From: Squalus acanthias
Taxonomy: Eukaryota
Length of the DNA stretch: 64,000 nucleotides
NCBI GenBank assembly: GCA_030390025.1
Contig: CM059445.1
Span: 2,914,001-2,978,000 of the forward strand
Direction of reading: 5' to 3'
Position numbers and translations under genes: made by a program. Below are positions 61,359 through 64,000 of the stretch, piece by piece. Below the pieces are notes generated by a model that was not told the DNA's origin, made no database searches, and saw nothing but the letters and a program-made list of their open reading frames with translations. Position 1 is the first letter of the stretch. Each line of letters begins with the position of its first letter.

Positions 61359-62018
61359 TACATTTATTAATTATTTATTTACCACTTTGTAAAACTTGCT
61401 CACGATGCAGGTAACAGCTCCTCCCTTCCCAAACCTCTTTTTCCCAGTTATTTACATTATAATTCTTTTTTGCTCTACCTCCCACCATCACTGTGCTTAA
61501 GATGCAAATAGTTTACTTGTTTATCTTTCCTTCTTCAAAACTCCTCTTTTTTCTAATTTGTGAAAGGATAGGTTTCTTCTTCCCTCCCCCCTTACTCCCC
61601 ATGTGGACTTGTAGTTCTTGCTGAAGATATATATAGGGACTGCCTAAGAGAAGAGAGAGAGATCATTGATGTAGCACTGTCCAGAGAGATTTTCCCCACT
61701 ATTAAGTCTACAACGTCCAGTGCTGTAACAGGTTAATTGGCTGAATTATTGCTTTCAGGTGTAATGTCAAATAACCCCGTCTGGCCGTGCTGCAAACTTC
61801 AGTGCCCCTCCAGCAACACAAAACGATCCCAAACAACCACCTTATAGTCAGAAATTTTATTTAATGGCTTCAACTATAAAAAGCTGCTAAAATTGAAAGT
61901 TTTATCTTTTGTCTCCGATTGTGCCTCATAGTTAATTCTAAATTTGCTGCCTCAGTCACAATATACTCTGCTGTTCCACAGAAGGAAAGTGAGAATACTT
62001 TCATCATGCATCTCTCGA

Positions 62019-62019
<1 letters not shown>

Positions 62020-62051
<32 letters not shown>
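62020..62051 (+). repeat. (CA)n microsatellite
   Basis: About 16 CA units. Confidence 0.95.
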
Positions 62052-62053
<2 letters not shown>

Positions 62054-62474
62054 AATTTGGCGATTTTTTCTCCCAGAATTATGTAATTTTTAGTGTGTTA
62101 TATTATAAATGTTATATACAGAGAAGAAAAATAGTGAATTAAAACTCTCTGGAGAAATTATTTGGAGCGATTTCATTGGTTCACTTCTGTTTTTTTTTAA
62201 ATCGGTAGCTGCTACTGATCTCCCACTTTTGATTCATAGTTGTTTGAATTCCATTATTGGTGGTTTACAATACTGCTTGTTAATAGGTGCACTCCCTGCC
62301 TGTTCAGCTATGATTTGTCACTGTTATTTGAGCTAATCAGGTACAAGTGTGACACTATAAATTTGCAAGAACAGTGTAGTGCACACAGTGTAATGGGTAA
62401 AATGCACACAAGGCTTTTATACATTTTATATATTCTATTAGATCTTTTATAGTAGATTATTATACCTTTTATGG

Positions 62475-62850
62475 CGCATTGACAACTGGCCAGCGATTTG
62501 GTGGTGGTCAGCAAAAGAGATATAAAGACTGCTTAAAAGCGACTCTGAAACTGTGCCAACTAGACGTCCGTAAATGGGAACTGGCTCAAGATGAGAAAGC
62601 AAAGCGAAAAACCATCGGTGAAGGCACCTCCTACTATCAGGCCCGTTGCGTTGCTGATTCTGAATGCAAATGCCAGCTGAGGAAGACTCGCTTGAAAAAA
62701 TCATTCCCAGCCTGGTGTGTGCGGGGCCTACTGTTCAATCTGCGGTCGTTCATTCCCAGCAAAAATAGGTCTCATCAGTCAAAGAACAGACTGCAGAAAA
62801 TGAGATGATATTCTGGCTGTCTTCTTCGATATCGAAGGACCGATGACGAT
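62475..62850 (+). mobile_element. RTE-clade LINE 3' end
   Basis: GQRFGGGQQKRYKDCLKATLK...WE.AQD, followed by a shifted CSICGRSFPAKIGLIS zinc-knuckle-like C-terminus. Confidence 0.75.
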
Positions 62851-63667
62851 ATTATATTAATATATATCTTACCATGCTTATTTGAGTCAGGACACTGTTT
62901 CAGGAATTTGAAATTTCAGGTGAATGAGAGAGAGAAATCTACATATAGTGTGATGGTCAGTGTGACAGACAAAACCCTGCTTTTATAGAGACAGTGGGTG
63001 AGATACAATTGGTGGATTTGCCATAGCGCTGTTCATCGTAAGGCAGATGATATGGTGACAGGAGTATTTTACCATGAAACTCAGTATATTTTGAAGTGCC
63101 AGTGTTTTTCTTTCAATCTGCCCAAGAGTGAAGGAATCTTCCAGCTGGTTTCTGTAACAGGTGCTTGCATAGTCAGCACGTGGTCCACTTCACGGCAGTT
63201 TAATGCAAACTCCAATTTTGAACAGCGCACTGAATCGTTGCTGACTGTACGGCCATCCAGCTAGAAACCATCTTCAGTGTTAGGCGGGCTGAGTGATGGG
63301 AATTTTATGAGTGAAGGAATTTTAAAACAGGCTGATTAAAATTGGGCTTGTTACCAACACTCTCTTTCCTTTGCATAAATCTGTTTACGATTCTGTCTCC
63401 CTTCTTCATGGTTTCTCGTACAGTTTCTATTTATCTTCCTGTTTTTTGCTCTTTTTGATAGCTTTGGTTCTCTGTATGCCTCTTGCACACTTTCTTTCTG
63501 TATAGCTGTCTCTCCTTCATTCAAACAGTCTCTCTTAGCTTCTCTGCCACATTCTCTTTCTAGAAATACCACTTGAAAATTGTTTAAACGTGACTTTCCG
63601 TTTAGAAATCCATGCTACTTTTTATTATATTATCTGTCTCTAGATGTTTGCTATCTAAACAGGTCAT

Positions 63668-63822
63668 TTTTAGGATGGCATGGTGTAAACTAGTGGGGTG
63701 CCGCAAGGATCAGTGCTTGGGCCTCAGCAATTTACAATCTACATCAATGATTTAGATGAGGGGGACCAAGTGCAATGTATCCAAGTTTGCTGATGATACA
63801 AAGCTAGGTGGGAAAGTAAGCT
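63668..63822 (+). mobile_element. CR1 LINE RT fragment
   Basis: [37 protein letters not shown]. Confidence 0.88.
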
Positions 63823-64000
63823 AACTGGTCAACAGTTCCCTGGATTAGTTCCATCTCCCTTTTTGAAGACTGGAATTACATTTGCTGTCTGTCGGTCCTC
63901 TGGCACCATTCCTTTTGCTGTTGAATTTTTACATATGGATACTAGTGTCTCTGCCATCTCCTCCCTAGTTTCTTTGAGCATCCACAGGTACAATCTATCT
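63823..64000 (-). mobile_element. CR1 LINE ORF2 fragment in opposite orientation
   Basis: Minus strand GMVPEDRQTANVIPVFKKGDGTNPGNC. Confidence 0.8.

Larger units (their letters stand above)
2960..64000 (-). other. Presumed intron 2 of the PBX gene (over 61 kb, continues past the window)
   Basis: No exon 2 peptide (KHALNCHRMKPALF..LCEIKEKT) seen upstream; vertebrate PBX genes typically have a very long intron 2. Confidence 0.75.

Noticed and set aside
2960-64000. PBX exon 2 or another nested host gene
   Set aside because: No matching peptide in the ORF track or by eye; a short exon could still have been missed

Overview
Vertebrate genomic DNA, very likely from a shark or other cartilaginous fish, judged from the SacSINE1-like Deu-SINEs and the other repeat families. 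The only host coding sequence found is two minus-strand exons of a PBX (TALE homeobox) gene, best matching PBX4: exon 3 at 2715-2959 (245 bp) and exon 4 at 1342-1532 (191 bp). Everything from 2960 to the window end appears to be the large intron 2, since no exon 2 was found. The intron holds CR1, L2 and RTE LINE fragments, Deu-SINEs and other tRNA-SINEs, a decayed Gypsy pol, PIF/Harbinger remnants and MITEs, tandem repeats, three N-gaps in a GA-rich tract, and several non-repetitive homeobox-motif-rich blocks that may be conserved enhancers. The most unusual feature is a family of at least six short (about 120-220 bp), often palindromic, Penelope-type inserts. Five have 10-14 bp target-site duplications and two carry an intact minimal hammerhead ribozyme motif in the sense orientation of the PBX pre-mRNA. 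Repeat family names are assigned by eye from remembered consensus features, not from a database search.
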